The translations under genes were made by a program, and so were the position numbers. Below are positions 47,401 to 59,749 of a DNA stretch of 64,000 nucleotides, piece after piece; the stretch's first letter is position 1, and every line of letters starts with the position of its first letter. This DNA is from Mycoplasmoidaceae bacterium. GTDB taxonomy: Bacteria > Bacillota_I > Bacilli_A > Mycoplasmatales > Mycoplasmoidaceae. The notes under the pieces are model-generated. The model did not search any database. It was given only the letters and a program-made list of their open reading frames with translations, and was not told where the DNA came from. The stretch lies in contig JAZUGL010000009.1 of NCBI GenBank assembly GCA_045641165.1, positions 12,845 to 76,844 on the forward strand, in the 5' to 3' direction.

Positions 47401-48014
47401 AGTTTATAAATTTTTTCGCCCACTTTTTTTATTAATCTAAATAAATTTTTAACTTCACTTAGATTAATTTTTGTCTTTTTGCTTATATCTTTCAAAGAAA
47501 AACCTAATGATCTTCAATAGATAATTTTTTTAATCTTTTTTACACTATATTTGCTCATTTTTTGCGAGATCTCTAACACAATTTCATCTACTTTCTCTTG
47601 TTTTGTTTGAAATACTGGTTGTGTGGCGTTTTTTTCTCAAACATATTTATTTGAATAAATTATTTCTTCTAAAGAAGAAGCACGGTTTAACATTATCTGA
47701 CCGTTAGTTAAAAACTTCATAGCCTCGCGCAAACCTTTCTGGTAACTTTTTTGAACAAAATAATTAAAAAGAGACACACCTTTTGTTTCATCAAATTCTA
47801 ATAAGGCTTGTTTGATACCATTTCAAACTAAATAACACAAATCATTTCTTTCAATAGGTATGGAAGAGAATTTGTTGTTGATTCTGTAATAAATAATGTT
47901 GACTAAATCTTTTGAAAATTTTTTGTAAAAATACAAAGCAATTTTATTATCTTGTTTAAGCTGGTATTCTTTAACTAATTTTATTTCATTTTCACTTATA
48001 TTTTCTCTACTCAT
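47397..48014 (-). CDS. Small sigma-70-family-like protein (region 2 plus region 4 HTH), putative alternative sigma factor
   Basis: 205 aa after three TGA read-throughs. The N-terminal half resembles sigma region 2 (LVKEYQ...DLVNIIYYRI...ERNDLCYLVW..). The C-terminal KKIIYWRSLGFSLKDISKKTKINLSEVKNLFRLIKK looks like a region 4.2 HTH. This is pattern recognition only. Confidence 0.45.
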
Positions 48015-48129
48015 GATGGTCGTTTATTAAAAAATTTATAAACAAACAATCACTTGCTTAAAAATAAGTTAAATTTTACTTATATAAAATTAAAAAAATA
48101 TATAATTAAAAGACAAAAGGACAGAAAAA

Positions 48130-48453
48130 ATGCCGCTTTATTTAGAAATTTTAATTGTAATTTTAGTGTGTTTAGCAATAGTTTTATGTATCTATATGAT
48201 TATTGCTTTTAGAAAAGTTCGTATTGCCGCTAAAAAACTAGATTATCTAATTGAAGACATAACATACAAAGTTGAAGTTTTAACCCCAACTGTTGATTCA
48301 TTAGCTAAATTAGGTAAATTTATAGATATATTTGATTCTATCTTGAAAGATAGAACACAAAAAGCTATCAAGTATAGATCAGGCAACAAAGAATCAATTT
48401 ATAAAGTTTCTCAAGAAATTAAGAAAGCACTTAAGAAAACTAAAAATAAATAA
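48130..48453 (+). CDS. Small single-TM protein, DUF948-like
   Basis: 107 aa with an N-terminal TM helix followed by a coiled, charged region. Confidence 0.4.
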   Translation: MPLYLEILIVILVCLAIVLCIYMIIAFRKVRIAAKKLDYLIEDITYKVEVLTPTVDSLAKLGKFIDIFDSILKDRTQKAIKYRSGNKESIYKVSQEIKKALKKTKNK

Positions 48454-48455
48454 AA

Positions 48456-51098
48456 ATGCAAAAACGCTTTAATGTATTTACACCAAGAGGTCGGGAACTT
48501 CGTCATGCTTATAAAGTAGCTAAACAAGTAGATGACCTTAAAGATATTTATAGAAAAATGTCCAATGAAGAACTATCTTCTAGAACAAATTTCTTTTTAT
48601 CTGAACTTAAAAGAGGTATTACATTAGATGAAATATTGCCTGAGGCAATAGCGACAGCTAGAGAAGCAATTTATCGTGTTCACGGTTTATATGCATATTT
48701 TGTACAAATAGTTGGAGCAATTATTATCCATAAAGGTAACCTTGCTGAAATGTATACTGGTGAAGGTAAAACCCTTACCATTATTTTGACTGCGTATTTA
48801 AATGCTCTTGAAAAGAAAGGTGTTCATGTTGTTACAGTTAACGAATATCTAGTTAAACGTGACGCACAATTTTGTGCGCAAGCACTTAATCCATTAGGTA
48901 TTACTGTTGGTTATAACATCACAGACATGGATGCGGACCAAAAAAGGCACATGTTCGCTTGTGATATTACTTACACAACAAACTCTGAACTTGGCTTTGA
49001 TTATCTTCGTGACAACATGGTTAAAGAATATTCTGAAAAAGTTATTCGTGAACTTAATATGGCCATTGTTGACGAAGTCGACTCGGTTTTGATTGATGAA
49101 TCTAGAACACCATTAATTATTTCTGGTCAACCAAGAAAAGACGTTTCTTTATACATTAACGTTGATAGATTTGTTAAAACCCTTGCTAAAGATGATTATG
49201 TTATTGATGCTGAAACAAACACCATAGCTTTAACTGACACAGGTGTTGATAAAGCACAAAAATGATTTAAATTAAAAAACTTATATAACATCGAAAACTC
49301 AGATGTTGTTCACAAAATTAGAAATGCCCTAATGGCCAACTATGTTTTTAGATATGGTGTTGAATATATCGTCAAAGACAACAAGATATTACTAGTTGAT
49401 CACTTTACTGGACGTATTCTTGAAGGACGTAGTTATAATGCAGGTTTGCACCAAGCTATTCAAGCTAAAGAAATGGTTAAGATTGAGCCTGAAAATGTAA
49501 TTGTTGCTACAATTACATATCAAGCATTTTTCCGTTTGTATAAAAAATTATCAGGTGTAACTGGTACAGCTTTAACTGAAGCAGAAGAATTTATTAATAT
49601 TTACAACATGATAGTTGTTCCTGTTCCAACAAACAGAAAAGTAATTAGAAAAGACTTAACTGATTATGTGTTTGAAAAGAAGACTGCCAAATGAGCCCAT
49701 GTAGCTGCCGAGATTGAAAGATTACATGCTAAAGGACAACCAGTTCTTGTTGGTACTGCTTCAGTTGAAGACTCTGAAGAATTAGCAGCCTTATTAAAGA
49801 ATAAAGGTCTTAAATTTGAATTATTAAACGCTAAAAATCACGCTCGTGAAGCGGAAATTGTTGCCTTAGCTGGACAAAGAGGAGCAATTACTATTTCAAC
49901 TAACATGGCTGGTAGAGGTACTGATATTAAGTTAGGACCTGGAGTTAAAGAGTTGGGTGGATTATTTGTTATTGGAACAAATAGACACGAATCTAGACGT
50001 GTTGATAACCAATTATGTGGTAGATCTGGTAGACAAGGTGACCCAGGAATGACTAGATTCTTCATTTCTCTTGAAGACCCTTTATTCAAACGTTTTATTG
50101 ATGATAAAGAAGAAAAAGCGACTAAAAAAGTTAACGATAATAAATTTTACGACTCTTGATTCTTTAATAGAACAATTAAAAATTTACAAAAGAAAGTCGA
50201 AGGACTTAACTACGACGTAAGAAAAAATCTAACAGACTATGACGTTGTTTTATCTAATCAACGTGAAGTAGTTTATAAACAAAGAGACCAAATTCTTTTA
50301 AATGAAAGAAACATTCCTATTGTTAGAAACATGGTTTCTATTGTAGCAAATGACATAGTTAAATTATTTTTGAATAAAGAAAATCCAAATTATGTTGATG
50401 CTGATAAACTTGCACTTTCTTTAAACACAAGATTATTAGGTTTTAATGCTATTGAAAAAACTTTATTTGAAAAGAAACCAGTTGCAACAGTTGTTGGATT
50501 AGTTTCAAGAATTATTTGAGGTTCAGTAGAAGCTAGAATTGCTAGCTACGATCAAAATCAAATTCAAAGAGTAGTAAGAAGCATTATTATTCAAAACTTT
50601 GATGCAGAATGAACACACCACCTAGACATAATGTCTAAAATACGCGAAGGTGTTACATTACGTTCCCTTGAACAAAAATCCCCTTTAAATATTTATGTTG
50701 AAGAAGCCGATCAACACTTTGAAACATTAAAAAAGAATGTTGCACACAAAGTTATTATTTCTATTCACAGACTTTACATTCCTAAAATTGTGGGTGTGTT
50801 AGCTGAAAGATTACACGATAGTCAATTAATATCTGATGCTCATTTTAATGAATTAAAATCTAAAATTGACACACAAGCCAACAAACAAATCAGAATTGAC
50901 TTTGCAGATTTAATGAAACAAAAACAAAAAGCAGCAACTTCTAATAACAAACCTTGGGCTGCGCAAGAAAAACTAATTAAAGCGCAAGAAATTGCACAAG
51001 ATTCTAACCAAAAAGTACAAATGGTTGTTAATAAAAAAGAAAACGGCGACCAAACTGTTAATTTTAAAGTTGTTCCAGACGACCAAAAAAGCAAATAG
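48456..51098 (+). CDS. secA: Preprotein translocase ATPase SecA
   Basis: [43 protein letters not shown] and [10 protein letters not shown]. Fragments at 48456, 49332, 49905, 50331 and 50631 are all in one frame via TGA. Confidence 0.95.
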
Positions 51099-51103
51099 TT
51101 AGT

Positions 51104-53098
51104 ATGAAAGTACATACACCAAAAAACCAATTTGAATTAACAACCGAGATGACACCTAAGGGTGATCAACAACAAGCTATTAATAAACTTGTTAAAGGTA
51201 TTAAAAGTGGTAAGAAACACCAAGTACTACTTGGTGCAACCGGAACTGGCAAAACTTTTACTATTGCTAATGTAATTGCTCAAACACAAAAGAAAACACT
51301 AGTAATTGTTCACAACAAAACATTAGCCGGTCAGCTTTATTCTGAATTTAAAGAACTTTTTAAAAACAATAAAGTTGAATATTACATTTCATACTTTGAC
51401 TTTTATCAACCAGAGGCATATCTTCCAACATCAGATACATACATTGAAAAATCTTCTAAAGTAAATCAAGAGATTGAAATGTTAAGATTGTCAACAATCC
51501 AATCATTAGCAACAGAGAAAAAAGTAATTGTTGTTGCTTCTGTTGCGGCAATTTATCCTGCGGTTGATCCTAAAGTATTTAATCAATTTAGAATCATTCT
51601 AAATACAAACGGAACATATAGTCCTAAACAACTTCAATATGACTTAGTAAGAATGGCTTACAAAAGAAATGATGTTGAATTGCAACCCGGAACTTTTAAA
51701 GCTAAGGGTGATGTTGTTGAAATTATGGAAGGAAGTAACGACCAGGAAAAGATAAGAATATCTTTTTTTGGTAACGAAATTGAACAAATTGCCAAGCTTA
51801 ATGCCCTAAATAATACCGTTAAAGAAATTTGGAAAACATATGTTATTTATCCTGCTAATGAATATGTTGCTGACAGTTTTAGATTTGATCAATCGCTAGT
51901 TAACATCAAAAAAGAATTAAAGCAAAGACAAACATATTTTAAAAAGCAAAACAAATTAGTTGAATTGCAAAGAATTACCGAAAGAACAAATAGAGATGTA
52001 GAAACTCTTGCTGAGACAGGATTTTGCCCTGGTGTTGAAAACTATGCTATGCATCTTGAATTGAGAAAACCAGGCTCAACACCATATACAATCTTTGATT
52101 ATTTAGGTGACGATTGATTATTAGTTATAGATGAATCACATATGACAATTCCACAAATTCGTGGTATGTATGAAGGCGATAGATCTAGAAAACAAACTCT
52201 AGTTGATTTTGGGTTTAGATTACCTTCAGCTCTAGATAATAGACCACTAAACTTTAAAGAATTTGAATCACGCGTTAAACAAGCTATTTATGTTTCAGCA
52301 ACACCTGCTGCTTATGAAAAAAGTAAAGCCAATAATGAAGTGATAGAACAAATTGTTAGACCTACTGGTCTAGTTGATCCTATTATTGAAGTTAAACCAA
52401 CCAAAAATCAAATTCTTACCCTTTGTGAAGAATTAGATAAACAAATTGCCAAAAAAGAAAGAACAATAATTACCGTTTTAACTATTAAAATGGCTGAAAA
52501 CCTAACAAAGTTCTTAAAAGAAAAAAAATATAAAGTTGCTTATTTACATAACGAATTGAAAACGCTTGAAAGAGATCAAGTTATTAATGCCTTAAGAAGA
52601 GGTGTTTATGATGTGATAGTAGGTATTAACCTACTAAGAGAAGGATTAGACGTTCCTGAAGTATCTTCGGCTGTTATTTTTGATGCGAACAAACCCGGAA
52701 TTTTTAGATCAAGAGACGCTTTAATTCAAACATTTGGTAGAACAGCCAGAAACAAAAATGCGCATGTTATTTTATTCGCCGATTCAGTTAATGATGCGCT
52801 TTTAGAAGCAATTAATGAAACCAATCGTAGAAGAAAAATTCAACTTGAGTTTAATAAGAAACATAACATAACACCAAAAACAATTGTTAAACCTATTAGA
52901 AATGATTTGCATGGCAAAGCTGATGCTAAAGCATTAGAAGCAATTTTTAATAAAAATGCTAAAGTGTCTGAAAAATCTGGTTCAAGAGCAATCAAAACTC
53001 TTAAAAAGAAAATGCAAGAAGCTGCCAAAAACCAAGAATACGAAGTGGCTGCACACTATCGTGACATGATCATTGATCTTGAAAGCAAGCTTAAATAA
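51104..53098 (+). CDS. uvrB: Excinuclease ABC subunit B
   Basis: [28 protein letters not shown], and the C-terminal UVR motif ([16 protein letters not shown]). One TGA join at 52117. Confidence 0.95.
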
Positions 53099-54280
53099 TT
53101 ATTTATCTGTGTAATTTTTAAAATAGTTTTGAATTAAGATAACAGGAGTTCCTTTGTCACCACTGCCAGATGTTAAATCTGACAAACTACCCAATAAATC
53201 CGTTAATTGTCTTGGTGTTGTACCCAAAGAATTATCCTTGCCAACAAGATTTTTATCTTTATTTTTGATGTTAGAAGATATTTCTTTTAACATCTTATTT
53301 TTATCATTTTGGTACTTTGAGTTATCAATATACATTTTTAGTTTTAATTCATTAGGAGTACCAATTAAACCATCAGTGTATCCTGGGGAAACAACAGGGT
53401 CAGATAATTCTCAAATTTTGCCAACTGGATCTTTAAACGCACCATCACCATAAACCATTACTTCAATTTTTATGCCAGTAGCTTTTTTAATCATTGTTTG
53501 AACTTTTTTAACAAAGTTAAAGCAATCCCTAGGGAAAAGTTTTAGTTTTGTTTCTGTAGCGAAATTTGAACCAAGTACACCATAATCTTTATTAAAACCA
53601 GAACCCTTATTAGGTTTTGTTAGAATATCACTTAACAATGTTACTTTCGCACTTGGGCACTTTTTAAGAATAACAGCTTTTGTAATAAAACGTTCGTGGA
53701 TATTTGACACAACTATATTTTTTGTGTATCTTAATAATTCTGTAGGATTATTACTAAGAATTATTTCACACTTTTTGCCAACAGTTTTTTTGTATAAGTC
53801 TATATAGTCTATTCCTGTAAATTCGTGTCTAATTACGGGGAAGATTTTTCTAAACTCTTTTTCTGTATAGCATTTTCCCATATCAACATTTTTGTTAAAA
53901 ATGTCTTGCTTTGAAACAAAATGGTTTCCAGTTTCATCATCAGGAAAATTAAATTGGATATAAACCTTTTTAGCGTTTTTTGTTATTCCCTTAAGAATAT
54001 TTAAAAACCTATTTCTTGATGTTGTTGGCATACAAACACCAATTGTTTCATTACCATATTTTTTATAAATACAGTCAGCTATATCATTAACTGTAACATA
54101 GTTACCTTGTGTTCTTGCAAGTATGGATTCAGTAATAGCCAAAACATCTTTAGTTTGTAATTTAATTTTTTTAGTTTTATGAAGGAGAATTACTTTTTTA
54201 CTTACAATACTTGCTAAATCATCGCCTTCTTGCAAAAGAGGCATCACAAGGCCTCTTGCTATAACACCAAAATCTTTCAT
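53099..54280 (-). CDS. F420-0:gamma-glutamyl ligase (CofE/PF01996)-like family protein
   Basis: 393 aa after joining 53411..54280 and 53099..53335 (same frame, one TGA). GDGAFKDP and C-terminal SGSGDKGTPVILI resemble CofE-family motifs as I recall them. Confidence 0.4.
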
Positions 54281-54363
54281 ATTTTTTCTTTCTAGAACTT
54301 ATATTTCTTATCTACTTCAGCAATATAAGGGATAGTTCTGCCCAATTCCCTTGCGTCTAATCC

Positions 54364-54855
54364 TCAACCAACCAAGAAAGGTTTACCTTTCAAAGTAAAA
54401 CAAGAATAATCTGGTTCGAATTCAACCTTTCTTCCATCAGGTTTATCAATTAAAACCATAGTTTTAATAGATTTCGGTTTTCTCTTTTTTAAATATCTAA
54501 TTAATACTGATAAAGTTTTTGCCGAGTCAACTATATCATCAATTAATAAAACATCTCTGCCTTTAATATTGCTAACCAAGTCGGTAACAATGTCTGGTTT
54601 TGCATTAGGCCTAAACTTGCCGCGGTAAGATTGAACAATAAGGCAATCAAACTCCACATCCATTTCTAAATTAGTAACTAAATTTCCATAAAAAGGAATA
54701 ACACCCTTTAAAATAGCGACCAAAATAGGGGGCCTTTTACAATTTTGGTATGTCTTTTTTATTCAATATGCCGCTTTTAAAGTTTCTTTTTCAATTTTAT
54801 TTTTAGAAAATAAAATACGCTTTACATATTTAGGTTTAAATAATTTATTTGCCAC
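54364..54855 (-). CDS. hpt: Hypoxanthine(-guanine) phosphoribosyltransferase
   Basis: PRPP loop VLLIDDIVDSAKTL. There is no in-frame ATG upstream, so the GTG at 54855 is the best start. One TGA read-through. Confidence 0.8.
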
Positions 54856-54858
54856 AGA

Positions 54859-57384
54859 CTACCTGCTTTCTGGCGACACTTCAACAGTTTCTTGTCCTTC
54901 TGGAGTTGAAGCTGAAGGTTCATTTAATGAAGTTTCATCATTTTTGAAGATAGCAATTGATGCAATACGGTCTTCTTCATCAAGTTTAATTAACTTAACA
55001 CCTTGTGTTGCACGACCAATATCTCTTACTTCTGATAATGACATACGAATAATCATATTTTTCTTTGTCATAATCAAAGCATCTTCATTTCCTTCAACAG
55101 CAGCAGCAAATACCAACTTACCTGTTTTAGGAGTTACCTTAAGGGTTGTAACACCCTTAGCACCACGTTTTGTTTCACGATATTCTTCAACATCAGTAAC
55201 TTTTCCAACACCACGTGTACCAATAGATAGGATTTTATTACCGGCCATACTAGTAGAGAAACCAACAACTGTTCCACCATCAATGTTAATTCCCTTAACA
55301 CCGGCAGCTGTTCTACCCATAGTTCTAACATCAGACACTTTGAATCTTACTAATTTACCAGTAGAGTTACCAATAAAGACATTATTGTCTTCTGCAACAA
55401 TCTTAACATCAAATAGTTTGTCGCCTTCTTTTAGACCTAAAGCAATCTTACCATTTCTATTAATGTGTTCATATTCAATTAAAGATGTTCTTTTTACAAT
55501 ACCATTTGCTGAACAGAAAATCAAAGATTTTGCTTCTTCATAATCATCAATTGGTAGCATAGTAATAATCTTTTCATCTTTTTGAATTTGAATAAAGTTA
55601 ATAGCTGGAATCCCCTTAGATTGTTTAGAACCAACAGGAATTTCATGCCCTCTTAATCTATAAACTTTACCATAATCTGTAAAGATTAAAATGTCTGTGT
55701 GTGTATTAGCTACAACAATCTTAGCAACATTATCATCATTGTGTGTTGCAGTTCCTGTAACACCAACACCACCACGGTGTTGTGATCTATATTCGTCAAT
55801 AGGAAGACGCTTTAAATATCCTCTTGTTGACATTGTAATAACAATGTCTTCAATTGGAATAAGGTCTTCATCATCAATAGAAGAAGAAAGGTTGTAAGCA
55901 ATTTCTGTTCTTCTTTCATCACCGAATCTATCAACAAGCTTTTTCAAAGCTGCAAGAATTATTTCTACTTGTTTATTTTTGTCTTTTAAAGTATTTTCAT
56001 AATCTTTGCAAGCAGTTTCAAGTTCTTTAATTTCATTAGTTATCTTAGCTTGTTCCATACTAGATAAAGAACGAAGTCTCATTTCTAGAATAGCTTTAGC
56101 TTGAACTTCAGACAATTTATATTTTTTCATTAAATCATCTTGAAGAATCTTGTCATCTTTAGCTTTTTTAATTAAATTGATGATTTCATCAATATGTTGG
56201 CTAGCAATGTGTAAACCCTCCAAAATATGAAGTCTAGCTTTTGCTTTTTTCAAATCAAAATTAGTTTTTCTAATTAGAACTTCAATTTGGTGGTTGATAT
56301 AAATTTGAAGCGCTTGCTTCATATTTAAAATTCTTGGTTCATTGTTTACCAATGCAAGCATATTAACTGAGAAGTTAGTTTGTAGTTGAGTCATTTTGTA
56401 AAGTTGATTTAGAATAACTTCTGGCACAACATCTCTTCTTAATTCAATAACTATTCTGATACCTAATCTGTTAGATTCATCTCTTAAGTCAGTAATACCA
56501 TTAATCTTGCCATCTTTAACTAATTGCGTAATCTTCTCAATTAATTGAGCCTTGTTAACAACATATGGAATTTCATGAACAATAATTCTTGGTTTTCCAT
56601 TGTCCATGTAATCTATATCAGTTTTAGATCTAATTGTTACAGAACCATGCCCAGTTTCAAAATATTCTCTAATTCCGCCAGCACCAACTATAGTTGCACC
56701 CGTAGGAAAGTCTGGTCCTTTTAATACTTGCATTAATTCATCAACACTGCAGTCTGGCTTTTTAGCAACCATTTCTACACCAGCAGCGATTTCACACAAA
56801 TTGTGTGGAGGCATGTTTGTAGCCATACCTACCGCAATACCACTAGCACCATTAGCTAACATGTTAGGGAAAATTGAAGGAAGAACTACAGGTTCTTGCT
56901 CTGAACCATCATAGTTATCAATTAAATCAACTGTATCTTTTTCAATGTTTTCTAACATTGTGTCAGCTAATTTAGACATTTTAGCTTCGGTATATCTCAT
57001 GGCAGCAGCCCCGTCGCCATCGATAGAACCAAAGTTACCATGACCATCAATTAATGGATATCTCATAGAGAAGTCTTGTGCAAGTCTTACCATTGTTTCA
57101 TAAACAGCGGTATCACCATGTGGGTGGAACTTACCAATTACTTCACCAACAAGTCTTGCAGACTTCTTGTATTGAGAACCAGATGTCATACCTAAGTTTC
57201 AAGCAGCATATAAAACTCTTCTATGTACTGGCTTGAAACCATCTCTAGCATCTGGAAGTGCACGAGCGACGATAACACTCATTGCATATTCAAGGAAAGA
57301 ATTTTGTAATTCTTTAGCTATTTCTTTTTCTTCAATATTAGATTTTTCTAATTGTTCACGAATAGTATTTTCATTATTTGCCAT
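54859..57384 (-). CDS. gyrA: DNA gyrase subunit A
   Basis: [27 protein letters not shown], the KYHPHGD-type motif (GKFHPHGD), catalytic AAMRYTE, and C-terminal beta-pinwheel repeats. One TGA at 57199. Confidence 0.95.
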
Positions 57385-57399
57385 AATCTTTCCTCCTTC

Positions 57400-59364
57400 C
57401 TAAGCATCAATGTTTTTAACAAACTTAGCGTTTGTTTTAATAAAGTCTTTTCTTGGCGCAACATCATCACCCATCAAGAAACTAAATTGTCTATCAGCTT
57501 CAATTGCATCTGCAATTGTAACTCTAACTAATGTTCTATTAGTTGGGTCCATTGTAGTTTCTCAAAGTTGTTCTGGGTTCATTTCACCAAGACCCTTATA
57601 TCTTTGAATAGTAAATTTACTATTGCCGCCCTCTGTTTTAAAGTCTTCAAGTTCTTGATCAGAGTAAGCATATTTAACTGTTTTACCAGATTGGTATTTA
57701 AATAAAGGTGGTCTAGCGAAGAATACATGTCCTTGTTCTACAAGTGGTTTCATGTATCTAAAGAAGAATGTTAACATTAAGATACGAATGTGAGCACCGT
57801 CGACATCAGCATCTGTCATAATAATAACTTTGTTATATCTGATCTTTTCCATATTAATTTCAGGCATAACACCAATTCCTATAGCAGTAATTAGGGCTTG
57901 GATTTCTTGGTTATCAAAAATTTTGTTTGTATTAGCTTTTTCTACGTTTAGAATCTTACCACGTAGTGGTAGGATAGCTTGGAATTCTCTATTTCTACCT
58001 AATTTAGCTGACCCACCAGCAGAATCACCTTCGACAATGTAAAGTTCACAGATAGATGCATCTCTAGAAGAGCAGTCAGCTAACTTTCCAGGCAAACCTC
58101 CGGTTTCAAAAGGAGATTTTCTTCTTGTAATTTCTCTAGCTTCTTGTGATTTCTTTCTAGCTTCAGCGGCCAACATAATCTTTTTGATTATGGTAATAGC
58201 TTCGTTAGGGTTTTCTTGTAAGTATTTTTCAAATATTCTTGTGGTTACACTATTAACCAATTGTCTAACTTCAGTATTACCCAATTTACGTTTTGTTTGA
58301 CCTTCATATTGAGGGTTAGGGTGTTTGATTGATAAGATAGCAACTAAACCTTCGGTTACGTCGTCCTTTGTTAACTTATCATCAGTTTCTTTCATTAGTT
58401 TTCTGTCAACAGCGGCTTTGTTTAGAACTTTTGTTAAAGCAAACCTAAAACCTTCTTCATGAGTACCACCTTCAGTGGTATTGATGTTATTACAGAATGA
58501 GTACAATGAATTTGTATACCCTTTGTTGTATTGGAACGCAACTTCAACATTTATGTCATAGAATGTTTCTTCTAAAACATTCGGTACTTTAACTTTTTCT
58601 CTAATTTCCCCATAAATGATTTCAGGAACAAGCGGTTCTTTATCTCTATTTAGCTCTGCTACATATTCATTTAGACCACCTTCGTAGTATCATTTGTATT
58701 CTTGACCAGTCTTTTCATTCTTATATATAAGTCTGATACCTTTATTCAAGAAAGCAAGCTGTTTCATTCTTGCAATAATACGTTCATCTTCATAAGGTAG
58801 GTTTTCCATAATGGAAAAATCTGGGACAAATTCAATAGTTGTACCATGTTCTTTATCTTTTGACTTTCCAATTACTGACAATGGTTTAACAGCGTGACCA
58901 CCATCTCTAAATTCCACGTAGTGGATATCATAATGACGGTTTACTCAAACCTTCATGTATTTAGATAAACCGTTAACACACGATGCACCTACACCGTGCA
59001 AACCACCAGAGATTTTATAAGATGTATTGTCAAACTTACCACCAGCGTGTAAAACAGTTAAAACTGTTTCAACTGTGGATTTACCTGTTTTTGGGTGAAC
59101 ATCTACCGGAATACCTCTACCGTCATCGTCTACGACGATAGCTCCATCTTTCTTTTGCGTTACGATAACTCTTGTAGCATAACCACCCATGCATTCGTCG
59201 ATTGAGTTATCAACGATTTCCCAGATTAATTGATGTAAACCATCAATACCTGTAGATCCAATATACATTCCAGGTCTTTTTCTTACTGCTTCTAGACCTT
59301 CTAGAATCTTAATATTGGACGCATCATATTCTTCTTTTTTTATTTGCTCTGCCATATTAGACAC
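57400..59364 (-). CDS. gyrB: DNA gyrase subunit B
   Basis: GHKL ATPase N-terminus ([23 protein letters not shown]), Toprim EGDSAGG, and [12 protein letters not shown]. 1965 nt in one frame via TGA. Confidence 0.95.
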
Positions 59365-59366
59365 CC

Positions 59367-59588
59367 TTATTTTTTATTTACAGTTAAACAAAATTCTTTA
59401 TTTATAGTGACAACATCACCATCAAACAGTTTTTTGCCACGTCGGTTGTCTATTACACCGTTAATATCTATGATATTTTGTGACAAAAAAGACTTAACTT
59501 GGCCGCCAGAAGAAATTACATCAGCCAACTTTAAAAGTTGTTGTAAAGTTATAAATGGCGTAGTTATAGTAATTTTTTTGTTTAACAT
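59367..59588 (-). CDS. yaaA: S4-domain RNA-binding protein (YaaA-like)
   Basis: 73 aa. [23 protein letters not shown]...[18 protein letters not shown] is the S4-fold pattern of B. subtilis YaaA, which also lies upstream of gyrB. Confidence 0.7.
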   Translation of the reverse strand: MLNKKITITTPFITLQQLLKLADVISSGGQVKSFLSQNIIDINGVIDNRRGKKLFDGDVVTINKEFCLTVNKK

Positions 59589-59749
59589 ACACAAATTATA
59601 ACTTAATAAATTTTTTTATATTAATATATTTATATATTAATATAAGTCCAAACATTACCTATTTATTTAAAAATATAAAAAATCTGATTATCGCTTAAAA
59701 AATTTGTTCAAACTTTGTTTGATATAATTAAAAAATAAGGAACCAAAAA

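Noticed and set aside
54944-55543. Long antisense ORFs inside well-conserved genes. Examples are the 199-aa + strand ORF inside gyrA, 11134..11517 inside ftsH, 15102..15524 and 14667..15065 inside secDF, 7030..7551 inside dnaG, and 18591..18929 inside aspS.
   Set aside because: - They lie entirely opposite strongly conserved coding frames.
- Their composition is low-complexity (Ser/Leu/Ile/Pro-rich), typical of antisense translation of AT-rich codons.
- They lack starts with an SD.
- I treat them as shadow ORFs.
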